Assembly (NCBI RefSeq): GCF_006345805.1
Contig: NC_043013.1
Span: forward strand, 24,304,001 to 24,368,000
Reading direction: 5' to 3'
From: Octopus sinensis
Taxonomy: Eukaryota
DNA length: 64,000 nucleotides
The translations under genes were made by a program, and so were the position numbers. Below are positions 1-11,199 of this stretch, piece after piece; position 1 is the stretch's first letter; the number at the start of each line of letters is the position of its first letter. The notes beneath the pieces are model-generated. The model was not told the DNA's origin. It did not search any database and saw only the letters and a list, made by a program, of their open reading frames with translations.

Positions 1-1310
1 ATTGAGACAATATCCATTAATGCTAATAGGCAACTGAATAGAACGTGGCAAAGCAATAAATATCGAAGAACTATGAGAAACGCTCCAGATAATCCAATAA
101 TCTACCCTTTATTAAAACACCCAACCCAAGAAACCCAGAGCTTTACAATATTATCCACCAAAACATCCCAGTACTAAAACAAGACCCAAGAATGAAACAA
201 GCGTTCGAAATACACAAAATAATCAAAAGTAAAAAATCAATCGAAGTCCCTTAAAAAATTCCTCACAAGTTCTAAATTACCTTCCATAATTCCTACACCA
301 ACACTCAAAAAAATGTAGCCGCCTCAATTGCGGGAACTGCATCAACCTTATTGAAGACACAACATACAAATTCAAATCAGGACAAACTTTTACAGTAAAA
401 ATTCACTTTACATGTTCTTCAGGGAATTTAATATACGCTATCAAATGCCAAGGATGTAATGACGATTACATAGATCAAACAAAGCTTACTCGAAGAAATA
501 GGCTGACAATTCACCGACAACAAATACGAGACCCCAGTACTAGACAGATCCCACTGGGTGGTCACATAGACATATGTGCTAAAAAAAAAGTCTCCCAAAT
601 CCCAGATCTTCCCACAGATGAAGCACGGATAAACAAAGATACTTTCATACAAAAGTAAAAACCAAGACTTAACAAACTTTGGAGTACATACACAACTATT
701 CACACACAAAATTCATTCTGCCACTTATCACGAGGAAGCTACACAGCTAACAACCTAAACTTTAACCATTGGATTTTATACAAACTACTCTCTCAACCAG
801 ACAGATTAAATTTGGTCTGCCTTGATTATAACTAAATATGTTCACTCAACCGTATCGGCTCTCCTTTTCGGCACAAAATATACTATCACGTGACACTAAC
901 GCACGGACGTAGCGGGAAATGTACAAAAGCTTAATTATGTATTTATTCTCTACAAACACTTGACAGAAAACATTCAGAGCATTGATTGTTTGGACCTGTT
1001 CAGTCAACCATGTCAGCCTTAACTTATGACACTAAACATTGTCACTTGATACTAACACACGGACGTAGTGGTGAACCTATAAAAATTTCTAAGACCAGTC
1101 ATGTGACTATCCTCTACCAACCAAGTCCTATGGAAAGCATATTTAAATTTGAGCCGTGGACTCCCTATGAAAATAGAGCAAGCTTCAAACACGAGCTAGA
1201 AGCAAGACAGCTGCAACACACGCCACATCTTCCTATTTCAACTGTGAAAATCAGTGAAGACTGTGAAACCGGTTTATAAAGCTTTAAATATTTTAATAAA
1301 AAATGTTCTA
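1..1310 (+). mobile_element. Penelope-like element (PLE), decayed 3' part: GIY-YIG endonuclease region plus 3' UTR/pLTR
   Basis: Manual translation across frameshifts gives KKCSRLNCGNC...FTCSSGNLIYAIKCQGCNDDYIDQT...RLTIHRQQIRDPSTRQIPLGGHIDIC, the CxxxxCxxC plus GIY-YIG-type layout of PLEs. It is homologous to the minus-strand copy at 22.8-24.5 kb. Confidence 0.85.
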
Positions 1311-1434
1311 ACTATTCTCAGTGCATTTTCAACCTCTATTTTGCCTATATTTCTATCCGCGCGGAATAAAATATCTTTGTTCTCTCTCTCTTTCTCTTTC
1401 TCCCTCTCTTTCTCTCTCTCTCTCTCTATCTATA

Positions 1435-1659
1435 TTGGATTGTCCGGAAAGTCCGTGCCTATTTATAGTAGCTTACCTTTCGACTTACCTTCCCAGGCAC
1501 CTCAATTCTGGGAAGAGGGTATTTTCAAGTTAAAGGAAAGATGGAGACGCATTGTGCAACAAAATGGTTAATATTTGGTTGATTAAAAATGTAATGGCAA
1601 GTATTTATTGACCTTTTTCTTTCCTTTAAAAATCGGCACGAACTTTCCGGACAACCCAA
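1435..1659 (+). mobile_element. Mariner-derived MITE
   Basis: TIRs ttggattgtccggaaagtccgtgcc / ggcacgaactttccggacaacccaa, with TA on both sides. The interior encodes FWEEGIFKLKERWRRIVQQNG, a mariner transposase C-terminus. Confidence 0.88.
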
Positions 1660-1679
1660 TATATATATATATATATATA

Positions 1680-1841
1680 GGCGCAGGAGTGGCTGTGTGG
1701 TAAGTAGCTTGCTTACCAACTACATGGTTCCGGGTTCAATCCCACTGCGTGGCATCTTGGGCAAGTGTCTTCTGCTATAGCCTCGGACCGACCAATGCCT
1801 TGTGAGTGGATTTGGTAGACGGAAACTGAAAGAAGCCTGTC

Positions 1842-1884
<43 letters not shown>

Positions 1885-2087
1885 GTATGTGTGTCTGTGT
1901 TTGTCCCCCTAGCATTGCTTGACAACCGATGCTGGTGTGTTTACGTCCCCGTAACGTAGAGGTTCGGCAAAAGAGACCGATAGAATAAGCTACTGGGCTT
2001 ACAAAGAATAAGTCCCGCAGTCAATTTGCTCGACTAAAGGCGGTGCTCCAGCATGGCCGCAGTCAAATGCCTGAAACAAGTAAAAGA

Positions 2088-2090
<3 letters not shown>
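1680..2090 (+). mobile_element. tRNA-derived SINE, family A (octopus-type)
   Basis: A-box-like TGGCTGTGTGG, B-box GGTTCAATCCC, internal (TA)n and tail gaaacaagtaaaagagta. Near-identical copies occur elsewhere in the window. Confidence 0.9.
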
Positions 2091-2122
<32 letters not shown>

Positions 2123-2149
2123 AGTGTATATAATGGCAATGAGTATGAT

Positions 2150-3177
2150 TGTGAGGGACAGCACCTTGCTTCAAGCAACCTGCTTGCAGAACTGAACCTG
2201 CTGTTCGCTTAGCAGATACGGCATTTTTTTTTTTGTTTTTGTATTTTTTCGCTAAATAACCCTGCTGCTGGCTGGCTGACTGTTTGTCAATCAGTCAAAT
2301 GTCACCGGGAGGGAGGGAGGGAGGGAGGGAGATAGTAGGTCGTTGCTAGTAGTTGCACGAATGTAGTGGGGGTGAGGTGGGGGCTGGCTGGCTGGCTGCA
2401 AGAAGGGAGCAAAAGCCCACGAGCAATATAGCAGCAACGTTTGAGGTAAACTATCACTCGCCCCCATCAACTCCATCTCTACCACCAAACTCCCACCTCA
2501 CCCCATCCTCCTCCTCCTCCTCCTCCTCCTCCTCATCATCATCAGCAGTAGCAGCAGCAGCAACATTAGTAAAATATATTGTTGAAGTAAGCGATGTTGC
2601 GTTGTAACTTTGGTTTTGTAAGTTAGATTCGTTTTGTTGGCTGTTATTAGGAGGAGACAGACAGACAGACAGACAGAGAGGGAGGGAGAGAAAAGGGAGA
2701 ATGAGTGACACTTCAATGAAAGGTTCTTTTAAGCTGTTCACCAAGTCTGTTAATTCCCCCCACCCCCTTGACTTATCCCCACCCCCTTGTCTTATCCCCA
2801 CCCCCAATTAAAAAAACAAAACTATTTTTAGCTTTAATATTCCTTGTTTTGTGTTGATTTTCTCTGAATAGCAAATTTTATCACTCACACAATAATCACA
2901 CACCTTATTCTCTCGCTCTCTCTCTTTCTCTCTCTTTCTCTCTCTCGCTCTCTCTCTCCTCGTCTTTCTGTCTGTCTGTCTGTCTCGTTTGCTCCTTTCA
3001 CCATCCTCCTCATAAACTCTACCTGGTTTCCATGGCGCATCATTTTCTGTAGATTTTTCTTTTTTTTTTTTTTTTATTCTGAGCATTTGAACCTCTAGTT
3101 TTGCAGCAGGTTTTGTTTAAAACTGCTGAAAGAAGTTAGAAGATAAAAAAAAAAGGAGGGCGAGCACGTACGTACGT

Positions 3178-3211
<34 letters not shown>

Positions 3212-3567
3212 ACCCGAAAGTGAAAGAAACTTCGCCTAACTTGGTTTGTTACTCGTTCTCTTCTCCTCCTCCTACTCCTATTTCTCCGCCGCCTCCTCCT
3301 CCTCCTCATACTACTCCTACTCCTTTACCCTCCGCTTCTCCCCACCCCCGCCTTTACAACACTTGTTCGGAAAGAATTTCTTGTGAGTCTGCGACTACTT
3401 CTCAACCTTAAGCAGCTTAGCAATGCCTCGAAGAACTGTTTAAAGTTGGAGATTCATCCACCAATGTACCATTACAGTTTGTTATTGTAATTGTTGTTGT
3501 TGTTGTTGTACCTGAGAGAAAGGATTATATTCCATCCACGTTTTGCATCGAAGTATTCAAGGTGAGC
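2150..3567 (+). promoter_or_regulatory. Possible promoter and non-coding first exon ending at a splice donor
   Basis: No recognisable transposon; rich in GGGA, CCT, CAG and CT simple repeats as in many 5' UTRs. TCAGT Inr-like motif at 2291, short uORFs at 3423 and 3464, donor AAG|GTGAGC at 3561/3562, then T-rich intron-like sequence. Confidence 0.3.
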
Positions 3568-4199
3568 TAAAAAACTATGGAAACCCCTTGTTTCTTTTCC
3601 TAATATATTTTCAATCCTCATCGTTTATCTTCGTGTTTCTTTCTTCTCTGAAATACGCTCATCTTTTTCTGATATATATTTGCCGCTTTTTTGTTTATAT
3701 TTCATTTTGTCTGTAATATTTTTACTCCATTATTATTATTCAGATCTTTTCAGCAAACCAACGAAAAACAAACAAAACAAAACTTTTTAACCGTTTTCTA
3801 ACTCTTAAAACATCGCATTTTCTCATTTTATTTTTAATCTTTCTTCTTTCATTTCTTACTTCTATCCAAACTTCTGTTTCTGTTTTATTTTCTTATTCTC
3901 AATATTAATGTGACATCAACAAATACTTTCAAAAATTCATGTATATATATCTCATATAAATGCATATTCTTTCGACAGCATACATACATACATGCATATA
4001 TACAAATATATATATTAACCGGTCTCTTAGACGACTCGCGCATATATATATATATTTAAGTGGAAATTAATTTTACCTATATAGTAATTTTTTATACGCT
4101 AGCCACTGATATAATCATGTCAATGATTATATCCTCAATATATATATATATATATATATATATGATAATCCATATAAATATGATAATCCATATCATTTC

Positions 4200-4401
4200 G
4201 CCGGGCGAAATGCGTAGGCGTATTTCGTTTGCCGTTACGTTCTGAGTTCAAATTCCGCCGAGGTCGACTTTGCTTTCATCCTTTCGGGGTCGATAAATTA
4301 AGTACCAGTTATGCACTGGGGTCGATGTAATAGACTTAATCCGTTTGTCTGTCCTTGTTTGTCCAGTCTGTGTTTAACCCCTTGTGGGTAGTAAAGAAAT
4401 A
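4200..4401 (+). mobile_element. SINE family B, 5'-truncated
   Basis: B-box-like GAGTTCAAATTCC, conserved core gtcgactttgctttcatcctttcggggtcgataaattaagtacc and tail gtagtaaagaaata. Confidence 0.88.
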
Positions 4402-4437
4402 AATAAATATATATATATATATATACATACATACATA

Positions 4438-4633
4438 TTAGATAAAGGTAGTAAAGGTCAGTCTATGAGGTTACCCTGGGTTTTACGCCATTAAAGTGCG
4501 TAACTCTACAGCGTTTCTTCCGACCCTAATGACCATTAGGGTCTGAGAAAACGCCGTAAAGCTAGACACTTTGTGGACGTGAAACCCAGGGTAACCCCAA
4601 CCCTATAGAGCGGCCTTAACTATCTTTATCTAA
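4438..4633. repeat. Imperfect ~195 bp fold-back palindrome
   Basis: Paired segments are ttagataaaggtagtaaaggtc/ggccttaactatctttatctaa and ggttaccctgggttttacg/cgtgaaacccagggtaacc, centred on gaccctaatg-ac-cattagggtc. Confidence 0.85.
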
Positions 4634-5040
4634 TTAGTCAACATTCTGTAACCTAGACTCTGCTTCTCTTTCGGATTTATGATTTGCTGATGATATATAT
4701 ATATATCTTGTATGTCCTGTTGGATGTATGAGTTAGAGCTCCATATCGATTATCATTATCGAATCACTTCTTTCAGTATAGTGGTTTGTCGACCTCTGTA
4801 CTTAAGTGTTAATAGTTATGATATACAGAGTATATGAAGAGGAAAATTAAAATAAACACAATTACAAACTATTAGTTCCTATGGATGTTTCACCATTGCA
4901 GTTATTTGGAATTCAGCATTGAGTGTTCAAAGCGCATTTGGATGCCTAACTGCAATGGGTAGGCATCCAAATGCACATGTCTGTCTGACTGTCTCTCCCT
5001 TGTCCCCCTCTTTCTCCACGCACGCACACACAGACACACA

Positions 5041-5091
<51 letters not shown>

Positions 5092-5428
5092 CTTGTTTCA
5101 ATTATTGAACTGCGGCCATACTGAAGAGTTTAGGTAAATAAATCGACCCCAGTATTCCTCCTTTTCTAAGCCTGGTACTTATTCTATCGGTCGCTTTTGT
5201 TGAATCACTAGGTTGCAGGGACGTAAACAAACATCAATCGTCTAGCGGTGGGAGAACAAATACACACACACACGATGAATTTCGACGCAGTTTCCGTCTA
5301 CCAATTTCCCCCTGAAGGTATTGGTCGGCTGGAAGCTCTAGTAGGAGACATTTGCCCGATGTACCGTGCGATGGGATTGAACACAAAACCACACGGTTAC
5401 AAAGCGAACTTCTTAACCAAACAACCTC
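5092..5428 (-). mobile_element. SINE family A, old diverged copy
   Basis: Reverse-complement similarity to 1680-2090 (cagtttccgtctaccaa, tacttattctatcgg, tgcggccata). Confidence 0.75.
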
Positions 5429-5809
5429 CACCCCACGGTAAAATCTCCACAAAGACTTCGTTGGACATTGGTAGAACTAGAACTATATCCCCAATAGAAA
5501 TGGTGACGATGGTCACTTTTGGATCATCTCTGCTCATTAGGCGTTCTCGATCACAGCTGATCGAGTCCAAACAACGACACCCTTCACATACTGCCAGTCA
5601 CCTGTTACACCGCCGCCGAGTCCGTCACATAAAGAATTCTGTGTTTAATTATTTGGAGCTGACAACAGCCACGTCGATGCCGAGAACAGACTTGACTAAC
5701 TTTACTTTATATCCTTTGATGTTTCATCTTTCTCTCTCTCGGGTTGCTTTCGGGCTGACAACAATAATACTACAACTCGCTGTTGTCCATTGTTATCATG
5801 TCTTTATGC

Positions 5810-5947
5810 TCTTGAGTTGAAGTTCCGTCAAGGTCGACTTTGCTTTTCATCCGTTCGTAGTTACTGAAATAAGTATCAGTTGAGTACAGGAGCCGTCGAC
5901 CTACTCCCTCCACTGAACCTGCTGGCCTTGTGCCAAAAATTGAAACT
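5810..5947 (+). mobile_element. SINE family B, diverged
   Basis: ggtcgactttgcttttcatcc core and ctggccttgtgccaaaaattgaaac tail. Confidence 0.7.
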
Positions 5948-6004
5948 ATAATAATAATAATAATAATTATTATTATTATTATACAAAGCCGAGCCCGAGA
6001 TGGA

Positions 6005-6180
6005 GCCACTATGTGGTCGCTTGGTCTACTAGAAATAGCAGTCATGTCAAGTGCGCCCTCCCGTCTGAGAAATGAAGGACACTTGTTCAAAGTAGGATTT
6101 GGACCTTGATACATAGTAACTTTAAAATGACAGGATGGTCACACGTGGAATGTCTTTCATCAACAACCTGATCACACCGA
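6005..6180 (+). repeat. Unclassified interspersed repeat family D (related pieces at ~9255-9320, 16440-16610, 17720-17825, 40670-40850, 55370-55465, 55690-55740, 55930-55990)
   Basis: Recurring motifs gacctgctagaaatagcag, ggacacattggataatg and ggtcatggctggaatg. Confidence 0.55.
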
Positions 6181-6538
6181 AAAAATGTGTTTTAAGAGTT
6201 TCTGAAACAGAGTCGTATCTTCTTTTTTTTTTTTTGTTTAAGTTTATTCTTGGAAGACGAGTTATCATTGTCGTTGCTATTCAACCTCAAATAAGCCATC
6301 ATTAAGACATGATCAAGGGAACTCTACTCCCTGCATGCAGTCATTCCTTTTTAATTTTTGAATAGTATGGTCGTAATTGGAGAGGCAGATACAACTGTGC
6401 GGTCAAAAAATTTTTCCTCACAACCCACGTGGTTCCAAGTTCGATCTCGCTGTATGCCATCTTGGACAAATGTCTTCTACTGGAGTTTCATGTTCTCTAA
6501 TACTTTCTGAGCAAATCTTGGCAAAACCCATCTCCCCC

Positions 6539-6574
<36 letters not shown>

Positions 6575-6990
6575 ACAACACACACGTGAATGTGTGTGTG
6601 TGTTTGTACATTCATTTGTTTATTTGTTTATTTATATTTCTTTTGTTACCGAATTAGTTGTTTCTGTCCGCAAATTTCCGTTTCACTTGTACGTCGTTGT
6701 CCGTCACTTTTAGTCCTTGTTTCTCCACCATCTCGGTGATATTCCCTATATCGCTGGTGCACCCTGACAACTAGTATTATGAAATTTAAAATCTTTACAT
6801 TCTAAACGCAATGAAATTATAATGGATGTGGTCTCCATGGCAGATGAGAATTCCCATGTTTGTCTTTTGTTCTCTGTTAATCGTTTCCATATTTTATTTT
6901 GAAGCAAATATGCATGCATACATACATAATACATACAAGGTATCAGCAACTCGGGCAGTGCTAGGGAGCACCAAGGAGGGCGTGACAAAG

Positions 6991-7020
6991 ACAAGGAAAT
7001 TTCCTCGATCGTCAGCTTGT
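6991..7020 (-). ncRNA. Minizyme-like hammerhead core at the apex of a GC-rich rod (element ~6939-7076)
   Basis: Minus strand reads acaag-CTGACGA-tcgag-GAAA-tt-TC-cttgt. Stem I acaag/cttgt is extended by ggcgtg/cacgcc and gggcag/ctgccc. Stems II and III cannot form within a monomer. Confidence 0.4.
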
Positions 7021-7163
7021 ACACGCCGAAGTTCAGCTTGCCCGGGGTGCCACCAACCATAGGGCTGCCCCCCCCATATATATATATATATATATATACA
7101 CAAAACGCCCTCTGTCCAATGGACGGTGCTGAGTTGTAATTTAAACCAAATTTTCTCAAAACA

Positions 7164-7490
7164 ACTAGTCCGACCGTCCCATAGGCCTCCTCTTTGAGAA
7201 ACACTGATTTAACCTAAATTTAAGACACCAAACAGGCCGGCTTTTTTGCGCAAACTGCACGTGCAATTTTCTCGCGTACGCATCGTATCGATCGTAACAG
7301 CTGATGTACTTGCGCGTACAGATGCACGTTCCCACAGCTTTATCGATCGCATTCTCACCTGGAATCGATATTTGTAATTTTTTCAAGACCTATACTAGCC
7401 CTGATACCATCGGTATCTACATATCAAATTTGAGCGCAATCAGATGGGGGATGCCGGAGATCCTAGAAGACACACACACAGACAGAAAAG

Positions 7491-7495
<5 letters not shown>
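7164..7495 (+). mobile_element. Non-autonomous Helitron/Helentron-like (DINE/Lep1-type) element
   Basis: Starts at actag. The 3' part atcaaatttgagcgcaatcagatg...ggagat...acacacagacaga...ttatatata matches the usual layout of these elements. Confidence 0.45.
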
Positions 7496-7545
<50 letters not shown>

Positions 7546-7605
7546 CCACATGTGAATCGTTGGCGATTTTCTTCCTCCGTCTTCTTTTCTATTGGACTTT
7601 CCTCT

Positions 7606-7641
7606 GTTTTCGAAGAAGAGCGTTCGCTCGAAACGTTAAAC
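7606..7641 (+). ncRNA. Minimal type I hammerhead ribozyme, variant core, in a ~210 bp element between (TA)n tracts
   Basis: gttt-TCGAAGA-a-gagcg(tt)cgctc-GAAACGT-T-aaac. Stem I is gttt/aaac, stem II is a hairpin, stem III is the ACGT palindrome. Core positions 3-4 are non-canonical. Confidence 0.55.
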
Positions 7642-7822
7642 CATCTTTCTTTCCTTCCCTAAACGTCTGCTAATACTTTACATGTACCACGTACTCGCGT
7701 TGTTGTGTTTTTTTTTGTGTTTGTTGTTCTTCTTTTGGGGATTTACTATATATATATATATATATGTATATATATAAAATATGGGTGGCATATTCGCAAT
7801 TTTACAAACTAAGTAGAAAAAC

Positions 7823-8198
7823 AGCCGTCACTAAAGTGGCAAATGACACTAATCAGCACCAGTTGATTGCCAGAAATAAGAATCAAACCAACTCAATGGC
7901 CACGGAAAGCACCATCTTTATGACTGACAAAGGAAGCAAGCTCCCTCCAGCAGTGGACATAGCCAGGTCATCGATGATTTCGCATTTTAATGCTCATCAT
8001 TGGCTCTCACCGCGCCAAGGGTTAAACTCAGCTCGCATTGTCAGTTTATAAGATTTCCGTTGAAATCACATTAAAATGCAAAAGCCTCCTCCTTTGCTAG
8101 TCATTAAGATAATGCTTTCCGTGGTTATTGAGCTGATTTACTCTTATTTCTAGCAATACTGGGGCTGATTAACGCCCTTTGCCACTTTAGTGACGTCT
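7823..8198. mobile_element. MITE with ~120 bp diverged terminal inverted repeats
   Basis: cgtcactaaagtggcaaa...ccacggaaagca (7823-7941) is inverted relative to tgctttccgtgg...tttgccactttagtgacg (8083-8198). Confidence 0.8.
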
Positions 8199-8210
8199 AT
8201 ATTTCTGCCT

Positions 8211-8276
<66 letters not shown>

Positions 8277-8658
8277 ATACATACACACACACACGACACA
8301 GACATATTTGTGCATATATAACATGGTAAAGTGGCATGTCAAAAAAAAGCAATAAGCAATACAATATATAAAAATCGGTAAAATAAATATTAGCTTGAGA
8401 GAAGCAGCCGGATTGGTATGACCGACTTGTTATACTTGAAGGCCATGCTCCAGCATTGGCGCAGTTGGATACAAGTAAAAAGTAAAAAAAGTATTTGACT
8501 ACCGTTTTTGACATTCATTGTAAGGAAATGCTTTTGAAGTGAGAGGTAAGGTTTTGATTATATTATTCCGGATATGAACGTTGACATAAATAAATAGAGC
8601 AGCAATTCACGATCTGTTCATCTCCCTTCCGTAAGCTTATATTGACGAGCCCCTACAT

Positions 8659-8841
8659 TAGTGGTTCCTAACCTTTGTTATGCCCCGCACCCCTAAAAAC
8701 TTTGTTCTCGCACTCCCTGAAGTAATAATTTATATAAGAATATAAAGGTGCCTGGGGCAATTGCCCTCTTTGATTCCTATAAATCCAGCCCTGCTCGCAC
8801 CCCATGGAATGCCATCTCACATCCCTGGTTGGGAAACCCTG
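8659..8841. mobile_element. hAT (Charlie-like) MITE
   Basis: Ends tagtggttcctaacc / ggttgggaaaccctg. Flanking 8 bp ccctacat / ctctacat match 7/8 with a central TA. Confidence 0.7.
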
Positions 8842-8884
8842 CTCTACATGGTCGCTTTGATTTGTTAAAAAGCACATCCTACAG

Positions 8885-9201
8885 CAGTGGTTTTCAATCT
8901 TTTTGACGATGTTGTGCATTGAGGAATAAAGAAAAATAATACTGATGCAATTTGTGTGAAAAGTAAAACCTTTCCAAAAAAATGCAATATTTTCGAGTTA
9001 GAAATAAAACAGAAAATGGTAGTTTACCTTATTTTATGAATCCTATTGTGTATAACAAAATTAATAATGACATTTTTCAAGATACTCAAACATGAATATG
9101 GATTTTCTAAAGCTTTAAGCAGTATTTTAAAAAATTGTAGAGCCCTCTATGACCTTTAGTGGTGCACCAGTACGTTGCAATGCATCGTTTGAGAACCGCC
9201 G
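8885..9201. mobile_element. hAT (Charlie-like) MITE
   Basis: Ends cagtggttttcaa / tttgagaaccgccg. Flanking 8 bp tcctacag / tcctattg match 6/8. Confidence 0.6.
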
Positions 9202-10280
9202 TCCTATTGTTCTTAAAGAGTGAAAAACACATTTGGCAATGAAATCCTAGACCTAGTCATGGTTGGAACGTCTTAGATCATGGATCTTCTCGATCACGGC
9301 TGACCTGGGGCTAAACCATAATTCACAGATATTCACCGCAATGCGACGTCTTCTTCGAGTAGACCTTCCCGCAACATTCGTGTTTACGTCTTCCTCCCAG
9401 TAAAATAATATTCCAGTTCGTGAATTGTTTCAATCTGTTGACACAGAACCATCATTTCCTAAGATTCTGCTTGTTTCACTTATCAATGAACTTATTTTCA
9501 GATATTAATGCGTAACGATTATACATTAAACAGTTCGAGTACTGTAAATAATTGGCAAGATTCAGGCGTTTAATCTTACATCTGCAGTTGTTTTCACGCT
9601 TTGGTAAAAAGGAAAATAACCTTATATTATTTGATAGAATCTAATTATTATTAAGTGAAATCGTGGAAAATGATAAAATATTTTAGTGCCTAAACATATT
9701 CAAGATCCAGTCTTTGGTAATATTGATAATAGCGTATTCTTTCGTTTGATGGTCAGAAAATGAAAGTGAAAATATTGACATACTTCGGCAGTCTCCAGGT
9801 GGACGTGTTAAAATAGGTCACTGCTGGTTACTGAGATTAGGTGGAGAGAGCTCAGCTTTAATACATTTGTAGTATAAAGGTCAGCTTTCGTTACCTTTAT
9901 ATCGGGCGACCTTTGATGCGTTAACCAGCCTTTCAGAAACTTAAATTACATCTGTTAATAGCGCAAAAAGCTTCAAGTGGCTCTACCATACGGTATCAGT
10001 AATTAGTGGAGATTTCAACAAGCAGAAAGCGAAAAAGGATACGGGAAAAGTCAAAAACAACGAAAAAGGGTTCAGAAAGCCAAGAAGACGCCCGTTTCAT
10101 TTTCAAACTGAAGGAATTTACAGATACAGTCACATACATGTGTCTGGCTGCGTGTCTTTCCCCTGTCTTTTCCTGTGTGTGTGTGTGTGTGTACACACAC
10201 ACATACTAGTTGAATAAGATCCTTGTAAAAACCTCTTAGAATTCTATGCAAAAGTCGTCCACAGTTATTGACTACTTAAT

Positions 10281-10636
10281 GTGGAAGCACTCCGTCGGTT
10301 ACGACGACGAGGGTTCCGTGAAATTAACGTGTAAGTGGCTGAGCACTCCACAGACACGTGTACCCTTAACATAGTTCTCGGGGATATTCAGCGTGATACA
10401 GAGAGTGACAAGGCCGGCCCTTTGAAAGTACAGGTACAACAGAAATAGGAAGTAAGAGTGAGAGAAAGTTGTGGTGAAAGAGTACAGCAGGGATCACCAC
10501 CATCCCTGCTGGAGCCTCGTGGAGCTTTTAGGTGTTTTCGCTCAATAAACACTCACAACGCCCGGTCTCGGAATCGAAACCGCGATCCTACGACCGCGAG
10601 TCCGCTGCTCTAACCACTGGGCCATTGCGCCTCCAC
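10281..10636 (-). mobile_element. tRNA-derived SINE family C with target-site duplication (TSD)
   Basis: tRNA-like head on the minus strand (tggcccagtggttag...ggtttcgattcc). Perfect 13 bp TSD ttgactacttaat at 10268-10280 and 10637-10649. Confidence 0.92.
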
Positions 10637-10756
10637 TTGACTACTTAATATCAACATACAGTGGAAGCGCACCTGCTGCTGGATGTATCCATAGCAGCCG
10701 CAGAATTTATATAAATAAAGGAATAGAAAATGGAATGAACGACGTTCTTTATTTAA

Positions 10757-10861
10757 AATCACTACAACTGTTTCGACACATTTTTACACCTGTAGTATAT
10801 TGGTGAAATGTGTAATCATTATCATCCACCCAAGGTGCAAAATGCACCCTCTCAGGTGATT
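10757..10861 (-). ncRNA. Degenerate type I hammerhead with long stem II
   Basis: Minus strand reads aatcac-CTGAGAG-ggtgcattttgcacc...ggtgtaaaaatgtgtc-GAAAC-agtt-GTA-gtgatt. Stem I is 6 perfect bp; the core departs from CUGANGA. Confidence 0.5.
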
Positions 10862-10916
10862 GCGTTAATAAGTCCTTAGTAAGAACCCACAGTGATTTAC
10901 CTCAGCGTGAGAATGC

Positions 10917-10961
<45 letters not shown>

Positions 10962-10966
10962 GATCA

Positions 10967-11141
10967 TTGTGTCTGGGGAGAGCCATTCTCTTTTAGTGCC
11001 TTATTATTTAATACTCTTCACTGATTATTGAAGAGATTGCAAGACGCAACGAAAATTTTAGAAAAAATAACTGAGTGGAAATCGAACTGGTGTGAGTTAA
11101 GTAATAAGGCATTAAAAGAGAATGACTTTCCCCAGACACAA
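10967..11141. repeat. 45 bp inverted repeat with 85 bp spacer, in a (TA)n-flanked element
   Basis: Arms at 10967-11011 and 11097-11141 differ at 4 of 45 positions. Confidence 0.88.
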
Positions 11142-11199
11142 CAAAATATGCTTCAACACACGAATTCACATAAAGAATCATGCAAACCAAATACAAAAA

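Noticed and set aside
1685-1755. tRNA-like sequences with A and B boxes (also 10560-10636, 56850-56915)
   Set aside because: These are SINE heads continuing into SINE bodies; no proper cloverleaf forms.
2353-2807. Poly-Ser/Ala and poly-Glu ORFs
   Set aside because: They arise from (CCT)n/(CAG)n trinucleotide repeats.
5248-5820. Longest ORF in the track (190 aa)
   Set aside because: It begins inside an antisense SINE A relic and has no recognisable domain or splice context.
10080-10125. Minus-strand GAAAC-gggc-GTC half-site (similar GAAAT-tg-GTA at ~13715-13727)
   Set aside because: No CUGANGA-like segment in register.
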